This document shows, piece by piece, positions 9,878 through 22,500 of a stretch of DNA of 64,000 nucleotides; position 1 is the stretch's first letter; each line of letters opens with the position of its first letter. The notes beneath the pieces were generated by a model. The model was given only the letters and a program-made list of their open reading frames with translations. It was not told the origin of the DNA and did not search any database. The translations under genes and the position numbers were made by a program. The DNA lies in IMG/VR virus record IMGVR_UViG_3300021976_000006, positions 1-64,000 of that record; one strand, written 5' to 3'. Source of the stretch: a virus.

Positions 9878-10874
9878 TAAATTGGAATTGATAGATGTAC
9901 TTAGGTTAAAGCCGGGTTATCTTAAAAAAGGAACAGGATGGCTTGCTGATAAGTTTGGTACATCCTTAGATGATGCTCGTGAAGCATTAACTCAAGTGAG
10001 AAATGAATCTCGTGGAATAATTGAGTTTAATGAACCTATTGTAGATGTTGAACAAACACTACAGCAGAAAGTTAATTCAAATATTAAAATTGTCAATAAG
10101 GATAAAGGTTTATACAAGCTTTTAATAATATCTGACATACATGGAGTATTTGTTGATCATAAAGCTTGGCAAATAGTTCTAGAAGTTATTAAGAATAATA
10201 ATTTTGATGAAATTGTATTAAATGGTGATATTTTAGATTTTCCATTTATATCAAAACATGATAAGAAGTTATTTTTAATTCCTGTATTACAGAATTATTC
10301 TGAAGTACTTGAGATTGAATTTACAAAAAAAGTTATTCTCAAACCTTTAAGAGAAGCTGCTCCAAATACTAAAATTGTATTTAGATTAGGTAATCATGAA
10401 GAAAGATTAACAGAAGGTAAATATACTGTAGCAGCTGAAAGGCTAGCTAAATTATTTAAACACTATAACTCATCAGAATTAGATCAAATGTTAGAATTAG
10501 ATTCTTTGGATATTGAATATGATCCATCAGAATGTAGAAATTACTTTGATAAATTTGATGTAGTACATGGGTTATCATTAGCTAAAACAGCACCTAGAAA
10601 TAATATTAATATGTATATGGGTTCTGGTACTAGTGGTCACTCACATAGGCTTAATTCAACTTATGTAAGGAATAAGAAACATCCATACATTTGGGTAGAA
10701 TCAGGCTGTTTAAGAACAGTAGACAATGTGGAGTATCTAAATACAGCAATGGTAGCTGATTGGATGCAAGGGTTTGTAACTGTTGTATTTGATAGTGAAA
10801 CTGAGTATTTTTATACTAAAACACATCCAATAGTAAATGGAAGTTGTGAATTTAACGGTATAGTATATAAATAA
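9867..10874 (+). CDS. Calcineurin-like metallophosphoesterase with N-terminal extension
   Basis: SDIH, NGDILD, GNHE, HG, GHSH motifs. Confidence 0.88.
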   Translation: MRDNKLELIDVLRLKPGYLKKGTGWLADKFGTSLDDAREALTQVRNESRGIIEFNEPIVDVEQTLQQKVNSNIKIVNKDKGLYKLLIISDIHGVFVDHKAWQIVLEVIKNNNFDEIVLNGDILDFPFISKHDKKLFLIPVLQNYSEVLEIEFTKKVILKPLREAAPNTKIVFRLGNHEERLTEGKYTVAAERLAKLFKHYNSSELDQMLELDSLDIEYDPSECRNYFDKFDVVHGLSLAKTAPRNNINMYMGSGTSGHSHRLNSTYVRNKKHPYIWVESGCLRTVDNVEYLNTAMVADWMQGFVTVVFDSETEYFYTKTHPIVNGSCEFNGIVYK

Positions 10875-10875
10875 T

Positions 10876-11148
10876 ATGAAATTGACATACAGAGGGCTAA
10901 GTAATGCTCTAATAAATATATTTGGTGGTTTAAAAACCCCAGCAATTAAAAAAGAAAACGAAAAACGGAATATGAGAGTAGGGATGAGTGGATACAAAGG
11001 TGTATCAAAAGCAAGTAGAACAGATAAATTTGAAGCATATTTAACTGTAAAAAATAGTAATAGATCAATTAAGATGCATATAGGAACTTTTCCTACAATT
11101 AGTGCTGCTCATATTGCTCGTTTAAATTATATTGAGAATTTAAAATAA
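10876..11148 (+). CDS. Stand-alone AP2-type DNA-binding domain protein
   Basis: SGYKGVS...FEAY...HIGTF...AHIAR. Confidence 0.7.
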   Translation: MKLTYRGLSNALINIFGGLKTPAIKKENEKRNMRVGMSGYKGVSKASRTDKFEAYLTVKNSNRSIKMHIGTFPTISAAHIARLNYIENLK

Positions 11149-11149
11149 T

Positions 11150-11254
11150 ATGAAACTTACTTTTAAATTAAGTAATAAATGTATTAGGTGTGGAGCTTCT
11201 ACATCTGATACATGGTGTGTTACCTGTATGAATTTAGTAGTAACAGGTAATTAA
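11150..11254 (+). CDS. 34 aa zinc-ribbon peptide (not in track)
   Basis: MKLTFKLSNKCIRCGASTSDTWCVTCMNLVVTGN, CxxC-x8-CxxC. Confidence 0.5.
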   Translation: MKLTFKLSNKCIRCGASTSDTWCVTCMNLVVTGN

Positions 11255-11285
11255 TATATGCTGAAAGAGGAATAAATAGGCAATT

Positions 11286-11322
11286 TGATATATAAGGTAC
11301 CCTTCAAAGTCCTTATATATCA
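11286..11322. repeat. 12 bp perfect inverted repeat upstream of muramidase
   Basis: TGATATATAAGG...CCTTATATATCA. Confidence 0.7.
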
Positions 11323-11339
11323 TCACTAAAACAATATTA

Positions 11340-11765
11340 ATGATAAAATTTCTGAAAATATTATTTGTAAGTTTATTTGTATTTAATACTGTAAATGCAC
11401 AAATAAGTACTAAAGAAGTTGAGAAACTATTAAAAAAGTACGAAATAAAAAATCCTAATATAGTTATGAGAATAGGTATATTAGAATCAGCTAGTTTTAC
11501 TTCTTCTAAAGCAATTAATCATCATAATATATTTGGATTTGAAACTGGAAAGACTCATTTTGAATCATATGATGAAGCTGTTTATGAATATAAAATTAGA
11601 GTAGAATCTAGATTAAAAGAAGGAGAAAACTATTATAAATTTTTAAAAAGAATAGGTTATGCTGAAGATAAAAAATATATCTGGAAGCTTAAAAATATAA
11701 AAATTAAAAAACAGGTTAAAGAAATACCAATATTTAGGTATTCTGAACCTTTTAAAATAAACTAA
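11340..11765 (+). CDS. Secreted glucosaminidase/muramidase-like (GH73-like) protein
   Basis: Sec signal peptide (VNA/Q), LES, HNIFG, GYAED-x2-Y motifs. Confidence 0.7.
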   Translation: MIKFLKILFVSLFVFNTVNAQISTKEVEKLLKKYEIKNPNIVMRIGILESASFTSSKAINHHNIFGFETGKTHFESYDEAVYEYKIRVESRLKEGENYYKFLKRIGYAEDKKYIWKLKNIKIKKQVKEIPIFRYSEPFKIN

Positions 11766-12308
11766 ATGAATGTAAGACATATAGGTTGCTTACACCTAGG
11801 TCACCTTAATTTAGCTAGATATAGAGGATTTCAAGATGAGTGGGAGCATGATGATCATTTAATTAAATCTTGGAACTCTGTTGTAACTAACAATAAAGAT
11901 ATAGTATATATTCACGGTGATATAAGTATGGAAAAGTCTGATCATTATTATAAGTTAGATCAGTTAAATGGTATTAAACATGTTGTATTAGGAAATCATG
12001 ATAAAAAACAACATGTTAGAGAGTTATTAAATTATGTAGAAAGTGTATCTGGGATGATAGATTTTAAAGGTTATTGTTTAACTCATGCTCCTATACATCC
12101 AAGTGAATTATCTTTTTATAGAGCTAATATACATGCTCATATTCATCATAGAAATAAACTACAAGAAGTTCTTGTAATGGATAAATATGGTGATGAAGAT
12201 AAAAGTCATTATCCTACTTTACATAAATATTTTAATGTAGATGCTAAAATGATTGATTATAAACCAAAAAGTATAGAAGAATTGGAGAAAATATATGGAC
12301 AAGTTTAA
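11766..12308 (+). CDS. Metallophosphoesterase (NinI-like)
   Basis: CLHLGH, HGD, GNHD, THAP, HAHIH. Confidence 0.85.
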   Translation: MNVRHIGCLHLGHLNLARYRGFQDEWEHDDHLIKSWNSVVTNNKDIVYIHGDISMEKSDHYYKLDQLNGIKHVVLGNHDKKQHVRELLNYVESVSGMIDFKGYCLTHAPIHPSELSFYRANIHAHIHHRNKLQEVLVMDKYGDEDKSHYPTLHKYFNVDAKMIDYKPKSIEELEKIYGQV

Positions 12309-12468
12309 AGATTATCATTTTCATTATAATGCTGATACACAAATGTGGGCTGCTTATAAGGAAAAAGATAAAGATAATTATCTTAGTAATGATAGATCCA
12401 AACAAAGTGGAATTTTATACGCTAAAGAAGTAGAAACATTAATAGACTTTATTAAAGATGCACAATAG
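12295..12468 (+). CDS. Hypothetical protein (57 aa, not in track)
   Basis: MDKFKDYHFHYNADTQMWAAY... overlapping the previous stop. Confidence 0.55.
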   Translation: MDKFKDYHFHYNADTQMWAAYKEKDKDNYLSNDRSKQSGILYAKEVETLIDFIKDAQ

Positions 12469-12508
12469 AAAAAGGGGAGAGCTACTTAATTGTAACTTTC
12501 CCCTTTTC
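12469..12508. terminator. Bidirectional terminator between convergent modules
   Basis: AAAAGGGGAGAG...CTTTCCCCTTTT at the strand switch. Confidence 0.85.
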
Positions 12509-12537
12509 ACTTTAAAACACCCTTCTAGAGTTCCTTT

Positions 12538-15500
12538 TTAATACTTATTAAGTTCCTCTATTGTCTTTTTACCATTTTGCTTAGCTCTCTCAATTTGTTT
12601 ATAATAAGGAACAACGTCTGTTATCTCTTTACCTAAACGATAAGAACCTTTTCTTGGACCAGATTTATATCTTAAATCAGGATCATCAAAATCATCAGCC
12701 ATTAATACCTTAAATGTTTCTCTAATAACATCCCATCCTTCAGTAAGTGTACTCCATAGAGCCCATCTTTGATAAGCTTCTACATAGAAAGCAGGTTGAT
12801 ACATTTGACCAGCTTCACTAGATAATCTTTTACTACTATCTATCATAGATTTAGTAAATATAGCTCCAAATCCACTTACGTTATCAAATTCTTTTTCAGA
12901 ATCCCACATAGATATATTCATATGTTCCCAGAAGTCTGGTATATAAAATTTATCTTTTTCATCATCGGGAGGTGGCATTAATATTTTAGATAAAGTAGCA
13001 AATGTCAAAAACATAATTCCTTCTGCTATAATTTTCTTAACTCCTATAATATCTTCATTAGTGAGAGTTTTCTTATTGAATACTAAACTTTTACCATTTT
13101 TAAATCTACTTTCAAAATATGATAACATATTATTAAATGTTTTAGCAATAGCTCTACTTCCCCCTCTATAAAAACCTTCATCAGTTTTACCAGTTCTATA
13201 ATTATAGCGTTTAGCCATAAATCTAGTTCTAATCATATAAGGCATCCATTTTTTAAATACTAATGCTGAATCAAATAATAAAGCTCCATCATAAACAGAT
13301 GCATTATCTTTTGAGTAGTTACCATGTATAGCATGGTTAATATCCAATATAGTATTTCTTGATTTTAATACTTCTTCTTTAGTATCAAAATTATCTTCAT
13401 TTTTATATACTAGTTCACCATTTTTAACATCAATCATGCTCCAATAAGAAGACCCTGCTGGAGTTTTTTTATTCAATAGATAAGCTATCATAGTAATTTT
13501 TTGAACAAAATCTTCACCAGCTTCCTGAAATATAAATGCATTACTAGTTACACTTTCTACTGCTTTACCAATTAGTGTAGGAGAACCTAAAGTTAATTTT
13601 CTTTTATCTTGCCATTCACCAATTTCCTCTAAAGGTTGTAAATATTCTGATAACAAAGCTAGTTTAGAACTTACTTTATCTCCAGTTAATTTATCAGTAC
13701 CTCTAGTTACAGTATTAGAAGTATAAATAGATATTGCTTTAAGTAGTTGTACTTTAGTAAAATATTTACCTCCAGAAGCCTCTATCATATCTCCCATTAA
13801 ACCAGCTAATACATTATTAATACCTGAAAAAGGATTAAAACCTAACTGCAATACCCTTGTATATTTAATTAATGATCTAACCATATCTGATATATAATAA
13901 GATTTTTTACCAACCTCATTACCTTCATTATCATATATTAATCCACCACCAATACGCCATTTAGGAGATTCCTCTGTACCTTTAATTTTACCATCAACAT
14001 ACATATTAATAGCGTCATACATTCTAGATTGACCACCTACTACTGTTCTCTTTTTAATACCAAAAATACCATTCTCTTTTTGAGATACATATTCTTTAGT
14101 TTCAACAACACTTTGAATCATTCTAACTTTAGGAAGTACTTCCATCATCTCAGAATAATCATTAACAAATGAAGTAAATTCAAATAATACGTGACCTAAA
14201 TCAAATGATTTAATATCTGCTCTAACTTCACCTATCATTCTAAGTTTCATCTCATCAGAAGATAGCTCAGATAAAGCAAATTTAGCTTTAGGATTACCGG
14301 CCTCATCATAAAATTCAGCTCTTCCTTGACCTATTAAAATCGTTTTTAAAGCAAGTAATGTAGACTTAAATATATTATCTTTTCTCATAGAGAAGAATTC
14401 CCAGAAACTATTTCTAATTAAAGATGGAATTTTCTCTTCATTTTTTAAATCAATATAATCAGGTAATTTAGAATAGTTATCTTTCATAGTTTCTTTAAAG
14501 AAATCATAAAAAGCTTTTAGTTCAGGTTGACTTTGAATATAATTATATTCACTATTAATATATCCACCTCCTGTAGGTTTAGTATAATAATTTTCAGCTA
14601 ACCACTTCTTTGCACGTTTTACTGTTTCTTCTTTATGACTTTTACCATAAGCTATTTTAAACTGTTCATTAACTTCAGAATAATATAACATAGTAAAAGG
14701 TTTAACTAAATCTAATCTACCTAAATGATTTTCAGCTACTAAAAAAGCATAAGCTTTTCTAATACTACCTTGACCTATTAAATTAGTTAATTTATTCCTC
14801 TTAGCCCAATTTTGAAGATTTTTCATATGATCAACAATTTGTTGACCAATATTTAAAGAAGCTAATCTAGCTTTTTCTTTACCATTCATAGTAATATTGT
14901 GAATAAGTTGAGCTTCTAATCTTGGATAATCACCAAATCCTTCAAATAATTTACCTAAATGTGTAATATCATCATTAGTTTCTAATATACTTTCTACATC
15001 TATTTTAATATTTTCACCTAAACCAGATGTATTTAAATATTGATCAGATATAGTTGAAATATATTTAGATATATTCTCTAATAATTGTGTAGTTAAACTA
15101 CTTGCACTTTCTTGTAATTTACTAATCTCATGAGTTTTAGTCACTAATCTAGTAAATAGATAATCCTCTGCTAGTTGTGATTGTCCTTGAGGAGTATCAA
15201 GATCGTAAGAATTTACTCTCTCAGCAATAGCTGATAACTCATCAGATGCTAAAGTAATATAATTAGCTTCATTAATTGTTATATCAGGAGTTATCTCTAA
15301 ATCACTTAATAGTTTAGATAACTCTAATTTTTGAGTTTCATAAGAAGTTAATTGACTAACAAGAGGTTGTATTTCATTCTCATAATTAGTAATAGCTGTT
15401 TTATATAATGGAGAATTCTTATATCCTTCATCATATTGACCATCTCTACTTCTAGTATAATCTTCAGATATAGATCTAACTTCTTTTTTATAGTCAACTT

Positions 15501-16509
15501 CTATTCTCTTTAATTCTTTATTAATATCAGTAATCTTTTTATTGATTTTACCAATATTAAATTTCATTTTCTTATGTACTTGTAACATAAATCTTTCAGT
15601 AGGTTTTATATTACCTAATTGATCTATTCTACCAGATGCATAAGTATTAATTTCTTCAATTACTCCTTCTCTACGTTTATCTAATGGTCTAAAATCACCT
15701 TCAACTATTCTAGGTGAACTTTGATTAATAAAATTAAACATTTGATCAGTAAGAATATCTATATCAGATTTAACTTCAATACCTAATAATTTTTTAAAAG
15801 TATTAATTAGTTTAATTAGTAAACTAGGTTGTTTAAATTGTAATTCATTTCTAAAATCTTTATTAGATAAAAATTCAGCTATAAATTCATATCTGTTAGT
15901 AAAACCATAAGCATCTCTAATTTTAGATCTCTCTAGAATTGAATAAATACTTTTAGTTTCTATATTAAATTGCTTTTCAGCTTCTGTAGTAGGTTCAGCT
16001 AATCCACTAACTGTATAAGCATGAACTAACTCATGAATAATATATTCATTCCAAGATTCTTTATAGAATTTATTAGATTTATTACTATTTAATACTATTA
16101 AACCAGTATTAGCATCATATCTAGCAGGATTATTATCTTCTAATTGAGCCGTTAATCTAAATTTAACAAAGTCAATTTTAGATATATTTTTTAATAGATT
16201 TTCTCCTACTTTTATTAATAAAGGATTGGTAGTATTTTTTAATACTCCTTCTATAACTTGTTCAGCTTTTTTACCATTATATAAATTAGAAAATTCTACC
16301 CTATCATAAAAAGTTTCATATGTTCTAAACTTATCTATAATTTCTTGTGCAGATGTATCATCTGAATATTTATTTTTTTTAGCTGCTACATAAAGTCTTT
16401 TAGCTTCATCTCTACTGCCTGTAACTGACAATAGGTCAGTAAACAGTTTACTGTCTACCAACCTACCATCTTTTAATTTAATCGTTGGAACTATTGCACA
16501 ACTCTTCAT
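12538..16509 (-). CDS. Large virion cargo protein with zincin motif (start revised to MKSC at 16509)
   Basis: HELVH...EFIAE zincin motif; follows the vRNAP gene 1 nt after its stop. Confidence 0.75.
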   Translation of the reverse strand: MKSCAIVPTIKLKDGRLVDSKLFTDLLSVTGSRDEAKRLYVAAKKNKYSDDTSAQEIIDKFRTYETFYDRVEFSNLYNGKKAEQVIEGVLKNTTNPLLIKVGENLLKNISKIDFVKFRLTAQLEDNNPARYDANTGLIVLNSNKSNKFYKESWNEYIIHELVHAYTVSGLAEPTTEAEKQFNIETKSIYSILERSKIRDAYGFTNRYEFIAEFLSNKDFRNELQFKQPSLLIKLINTFKKLLGIEVKSDIDILTDQMFNFINQSSPRIVEGDFRPLDKRREGVIEEINTYASGRIDQLGNIKPTERFMLQVHKKMKFNIGKINKKITDINKELKRIEVDYKKEVRSISEDYTRSRDGQYDEGYKNSPLYKTAITNYENEIQPLVSQLTSYETQKLELSKLLSDLEITPDITINEANYITLASDELSAIAERVNSYDLDTPQGQSQLAEDYLFTRLVTKTHEISKLQESASSLTTQLLENISKYISTISDQYLNTSGLGENIKIDVESILETNDDITHLGKLFEGFGDYPRLEAQLIHNITMNGKEKARLASLNIGQQIVDHMKNLQNWAKRNKLTNLIGQGSIRKAYAFLVAENHLGRLDLVKPFTMLYYSEVNEQFKIAYGKSHKEETVKRAKKWLAENYYTKPTGGGYINSEYNYIQSQPELKAFYDFFKETMKDNYSKLPDYIDLKNEEKIPSLIRNSFWEFFSMRKDNIFKSTLLALKTILIGQGRAEFYDEAGNPKAKFALSELSSDEMKLRMIGEVRADIKSFDLGHVLFEFTSFVNDYSEMMEVLPKVRMIQSVVETKEYVSQKENGIFGIKKRTVVGGQSRMYDAINMYVDGKIKGTEESPKWRIGGGLIYDNEGNEVGKKSYYISDMVRSLIKYTRVLQLGFNPFSGINNVLAGLMGDMIEASGGKYFTKVQLLKAISIYTSNTVTRGTDKLTGDKVSSKLALLSEYLQPLEEIGEWQDKRKLTLGSPTLIGKAVESVTSNAFIFQEAGEDFVQKITMIAYLLNKKTPAGSSYWSMIDVKNGELVYKNEDNFDTKEEVLKSRNTILDINHAIHGNYSKDNASVYDGALLFDSALVFKKWMPYMIRTRFMAKRYNYRTGKTDEGFYRGGSRAIAKTFNNMLSYFESRFKNGKSLVFNKKTLTNEDIIGVKKIIAEGIMFLTFATLSKILMPPPDDEKDKFYIPDFWEHMNISMWDSEKEFDNVSGFGAIFTKSMIDSSKRLSSEAGQMYQPAFYVEAYQRWALWSTLTEGWDVIRETFKVLMADDFDDPDLRYKSGPRKGSYRLGKEITDVVPYYKQIERAKQNGKKTIEELNKY

Positions 16510-16510
16510 A

Positions 16511-19500
16511 TTAACATATTGGATTATCATCAGCATCACGATATTCTTCAACATCGTTATCTAAATCATTTAACATTTGTTCATCAGATATAGATTGATC
16601 TATACCATTTTGATATTCCTCAAAGATTGTAAAGTCATTATCATCAAAGTCTATATCACTTGGACCATCTGAATAAGTAACATCAAAATCTTGAAAAGGA
16701 TTTACAAAGGTACTATTATTTTCTGAATTATCCAAATTTAAACTAGTATCTTCAACTATTTCTTCCTCATTATCAAGATCAACATAATCGTTTTCAAGAA
16801 TTTCTTGAGCTGTATAATTATTAGGAGTAACCGTTTCTTTAGGAATAGCTTTCTTAATATTACTCATACTATCAATAAATTGATTATCAATAATACTTGA
16901 ATTTAATCCATTCTCTTTAATAGGTTTAACTATATCAGTTGTAACCTCAAAAGCAATTGGAAGAGAACCATTATCCATATAATATTTAACTACCTCTTCA
17001 GCTGTCATTGTTATTGGAACTCCTGAAGCGTCAAATCCTTTTATTGATTTTAATAATTTAGAAGTAACTACATCAACAAGCTCTAAACCTATTTCTTCTT
17101 GACTCTCAGTATGAGAAGCAATATCATAAGCTAATGATCCACCAACTTTATATAAGTCTATTAGATCTTCTTTAAGAGCATTCTTAGGAGTATTTTTAAT
17201 TAACTCTTTCATACTTTTTTGATAAGCATCTAAACTAGTGAAATCAATACCTTGAATATTCTTAAAAGCTGTAGTTCTAGATTTATCAGCATTTTCAATT
17301 TGACCAAATATAGCTCTACTATTTCTCTTCATTGTAGGTAATTTTTTAGCTAAACTTTCAATTCTAGCAAATGAAGTTAACATATCATGAACAGTAGTTA
17401 TTAAACCACCTTTTAATGAGCTATAATCAGAGTAATCATCATTTTTAAAATCATCATTAAGTAAATCTAAAGCTGTTGATACATCTTTAAATACCCATGA
17501 TGGAATTGTATTAATAAATGATTTATTCTTAAATTGTAATCCATCTTTAAAATATGAATAATAATATAACTTTCTAGCAAATTCTCTAGTTTGATTATTC
17601 ATAAATAACTCTTTGAAAGCATTATTTAAATTAGTATAGAAATCACCTTCAGCTTTAATCCTAGTAGGAAACTCAATTCTTACTATTGATGAACCTCTAG
17701 CAGGTTCTTTAAGAGTTAATAACTTAATTAATAAGTTATTTCTAAAATTAGGATCTTTCTTAAGATTATATAAATCTCTACCAACTGAATTATCACCAGA
17801 TTTATGTATCATATAACCAGCATTTTGATGTGCTATCATTAAGTTATCATATTTCTCTGGAAATACTTCTTCTAAATAAGTTTTATAAGATTTATCCATA
17901 AAATGAGGAATTAATTCTTTTAAACCTAAAGTAGTTAATCCATTCATAGTTCTAAATACATTAGTATTAAGTAAGAAGAACTCTTTAGAGGTATCTAATA
18001 CTTTCTTATATATAATTATATTCTGAATAGTATTTGGATCACTTAATAAAGCTAATCTAGCATCAAAAGGAGTAGCATTAATATCATCTCCAATTTTAAA
18101 TACTGGTATATTAATATCAGTAACAAATTTAGTATTACTTTCTGTTTTATGTTTAACAACTTTTTTATCAACTAATTTGTTAATTAATTGATCATAAGTA
18201 TCAATATCAGAAGTAATATAATCATTAATAAAATCTAATTGTAGATCCTTTAATACTTTCTCTAATCTAAAGTTCTGATCAAAAGTTGATTTCATACCTT
18301 TATTTAAACTAAGTAACTTAGATACATTAGATGTATATTTAGCTTGAGTTTGTAAAGCATTAAAATACTCTGATACTTCATTTAAATGTAATAAGTCAGT
18401 AGGTTCAAGATCATTTTCATTTAAACTATCTTGTAATACTTGAACACTTAAAGTTTTCTTATGAGTATCTTTATATCTCTGTATTTTATCAAATTGTTCA
18501 GGAGATAAATTAGAACTATTAGGATCAAATCCTGTATTAAGTTGAATCTCTTTATCTAATTTTCTTTGTAAATCATCTAACTTAATACCTAATCTTATAT
18601 CACCACTTACATAGTGTCTAATAGTAGGTTGATTCATAAAAAGAATTGCTTCTTCCATTGTATAACCTATTGATAGCATATAAGCAACTGTTGGTAATGT
18701 ATCAGTAGTTGCACCATTAAATGTTAAGTTTAATAGTTTAGCTAACTGTTCTTTAGCATTATCTGTCATTGCTGATAGTAGAGTTGATATATTATCATTC
18801 TTTCTATTAGTATCACTATTAATAGTATTAATACCACTAAATCCTGTAGCTTTTCTACCTGATATAGTAGGTAATATCATACCATTTAACAATTCTACAT
18901 TATAAGTAGATAATAAAGCATGAGTAACATTAGCAATAGCTACTGGAGCAATACCTGATTTACCTTCCATATTACTTCTATTAGCATTAAAACGTGCAAT
19001 AGGAGTATTAGGAGAAACAGTTAAATTCTGATCTAAACCTAATATTCTTTCTACATCTTTAGCTACATCTTTAATAGAGTCCATTGAAGCAGGAATAGTT
19101 GCTGCTCTACTTCTAACATAATCATTAGTTAGAAACTTAATTTGAGCTTTCAATAATCCGTTATTATTAACTCCTCTATTAATAGGTTTCTGTTCAATAA
19201 ACTCTGCTAATGTAGAAGGCATATTTAATGCTTTAAACACTGACATTGTTTCATCAACTGTTGCTTTAGTATATGAAAATCCTAAATCTTTAAATTTAGT
19301 TTTAAGTAATTTATTATTACTCATATTCCATTTTTTATATTCTCTATATTTTTCAATATCTGTTTTAGCAGTACCATATAATATAGGAGTACCATTTTCA
19401 TCAGTATAGAAATCAGCTCTATGTATAAACTCAGAGTCAATATCAAAATCCGCTCCAGATAAAAATACTATTTGTTTTGGAAATACACCAACTGAACCAT

Positions 19501-22500
19501 ATTCAACAGGTAAGAAACCAACAACTTTTAATGACATCATAGAGTGTTTATCCTGCGTAGGAATACGTACTCCAAACATCTTTAATACTTCTTGAAATCT
19601 TTCATCTGAAGGATCTTTACCTAATAATTCATTAGCAAAAGCTGGAAGTAAACATTCTGAGTAATAGTTACCATCAGCATCTAACTTCATATGTTCTAAT
19701 GAACGCATTTTACCAGTTTCTTTATCTTTAATAAATATACCAGTATCAGATACTAAAGATACTTTTAATCCAGGAACTTTCTGACTTAATACTCCTTTAC
19801 TAAAGTGAGCTAAGAATAGTTGTTCAGCTTTATTAACTATTGGACCTAAGTTCCAGTTAAACTGTCTTTCACCATTATGATCAGGTGTAAAGAAGTTAGA
19901 TAAAACTTCATCAGAACCAGAAGCTATAATTGTATCATAGAACTTCTTAGTTAGTGCTTTAGAATTAAACTCTCCAGATATAGGGTCTCTCATATAAGCA
20001 ATAGCTTCTCTAAATCCATCTAATCTATTGTCAGCAAGTAATTGTCTATAGTAATCTCTAAGTTGTCCTAGAGTCTTAATATCATCATTATATTGAAAGT
20101 CAATAGCTAAGTTATCATCTTGTTCACTATGTATTAATTGTATTAATTGAGTACCATGAATAATCTTAGATTTACCTGATGGAGTTTCTACTTGTAATCT
20201 TTTGAATTTATTTTCAAGATCCATAATAGATTTTGTAAAATCAAATTTACCATCTTCTGCAAATTCTGCTGGAGCTATAGTAGCCATTTTAGAAGCAGAT
20301 TCTGGTAAAGCTTGATCTACTCCTTGAATAATCATCGCTTTATATTTATTATAAAGATATTCAAATCCTTCTAAAGGTTTAGATGGAAAAGGAACATCAT
20401 TACCATTAATATCTTTAATAACACCCATTATAGTATTACCTTCTTTATCTTTAGCACCAACTAAATTAGGACTAAGTATTAATTCAGATAATTTAAAATA
20501 GAAATCACCATTATAAGCAACAGTTTTAGTGGAGTTAAGAGCAGAGTTATTCTTTTCTAGAATATTCTTCTCATTCCAAGTAATATGTTGACCATTCATA
20601 ATTTTATTATAAATATTAGCTACCTGAGTAGGGAATCTACCCCATCTTTGTAGTTGTAATATTTTATGATCTAAAGTTACGTATGATTGAGCATCTGCTA
20701 TATCAATTTTACCTAGATTCAAATCTTTAGTAAATACTTTAATAGCATCTTCAATTTCTTGAGTATTTAATACTCCTTCAGCTTCTAATTCAGTTCTCTT
20801 AACTTCTTGAAAAGCTTGAATATCAAATTCTGTAAGATTAGTAGTTTCAATAAACTTGGTAGGTTCTTTATAAACAGCTACTTTAGTAAATCCTTCTCCC
20901 ATATCTGGACCAGAACCTATAATACCTTTAGCACGTTTAAACCAATCTACTGTATTTTTAACTTTTTTAGCATAATTATCTAATAATAAGTTATTAATAC
21001 CTAAAGTATTAATATAAGCATTAAGATAAAAGTCAGTAATTAACTTATCAGCTTTATCAGCTTTAAGTTCTTCTTTGTCTTTTAAATAACCTTGTTTTAT
21101 TAATTCTATATTAGGTAATTTACTTATTACATCATTAGATTGTAAAGCTAATTTAAATGAAGCAATATCAGATTCTAATTTAAGTTTAATTAATTGCTTA
21201 ATTTTATCTTCTTCATATAATAAAGTAGCATAAATATCTTCAGCAGTTTTATTATTTGGATCATTAGTTATATCATCAATATATTGATCTAACTCATAAC
21301 CAGAAAACTCCATTAATTTGAAACCTCTAGCACCTTGTTTATCATTATAACCTTTCCAAACAGTAGTTTCAGGTTTACCAAATTGAGTTTTAACTTTATG
21401 AATTCTAATAGCTTCTTGAGCTAAATAATCAAATAATATATCAGTAGCTTTAGAATTTATAGTTTTAAAATCATTAACCGGTAAAAATACTCCATAACCA
21501 GTATTAGATGCTTCCATCTGATTAATATTAAATAAAGCTGCTTGACCAACTCTTTTAGCTTTACCAGTTTCATCAGCTCTATTAAGACTCTTTCTATTAG
21601 ATAAGAACATTAACATATCTGATAATAAATACTGTTGAGCATTGAATTTACCAAATGTAACTCCTTCACCTTCTTCTACTTTATTAACATCACCTTCAAT
21701 AGTTGTTTGACGATAACCATCAATCATAGAAGGAGTTAATCCTTTCATAATTAAATCTACATTTTCATCAGCTAATAGGTGATTTAATTGTTTATTCTCT
21801 AATGGATTAATAAAGTCATCCTTTTTAGTTTTCTCTTGTTCAAGAACTCTTTGTCTTTCAACAGGATCAACTAACCATCTAAGTTTAACTAAACCAAATG
21901 AAGGTCTAATAATTGAGTATACATTTTTACCATCAGCATTTTGAAAACTATTTTCACCTACTGTAGGGTCAAATAAAGCGTTCTGCTCAGCTATAGATTT
22001 AATCCTAGTAGCAGCACCTCTTTCCCTTCCTTTATCATCCTTGCTAGTTAAAAATGGATTATATCCAGATTTAAACTCTGAAACAATAAATGGAATATTA
22101 CCAGCATCATATAAACCTTCAACTCCTAAGAATGAATCAACAAAATCTCTTCCTTCTTGATCCAGAGAATCATAAGGAGCTTTCTTTAATAAAGAGTAAG
22201 TTATATAAGCATTTGATAATTTAATAGATACTTTAGAAAAAGCATTTTTAATCTCATTAGACCTTAACTTAGCTTCATTAAATGTATCAACATTAATATT
22301 CTCACTTCTATTAATAAAATCTACTGTACTATTAATAGCTTTTTTAAGATTTTCATCAAAAGCCGTTTCCTCAATAGTAATTGAATAATTTTGCAACCAT
22401 TCATTAAATTGTACATCTTTAGCAGAGGCATTATTAGATTCTATTAATCTAGATTGTTCATTAGAATGAAGTATAGTATACCATGCTACTTTCTCATTAT

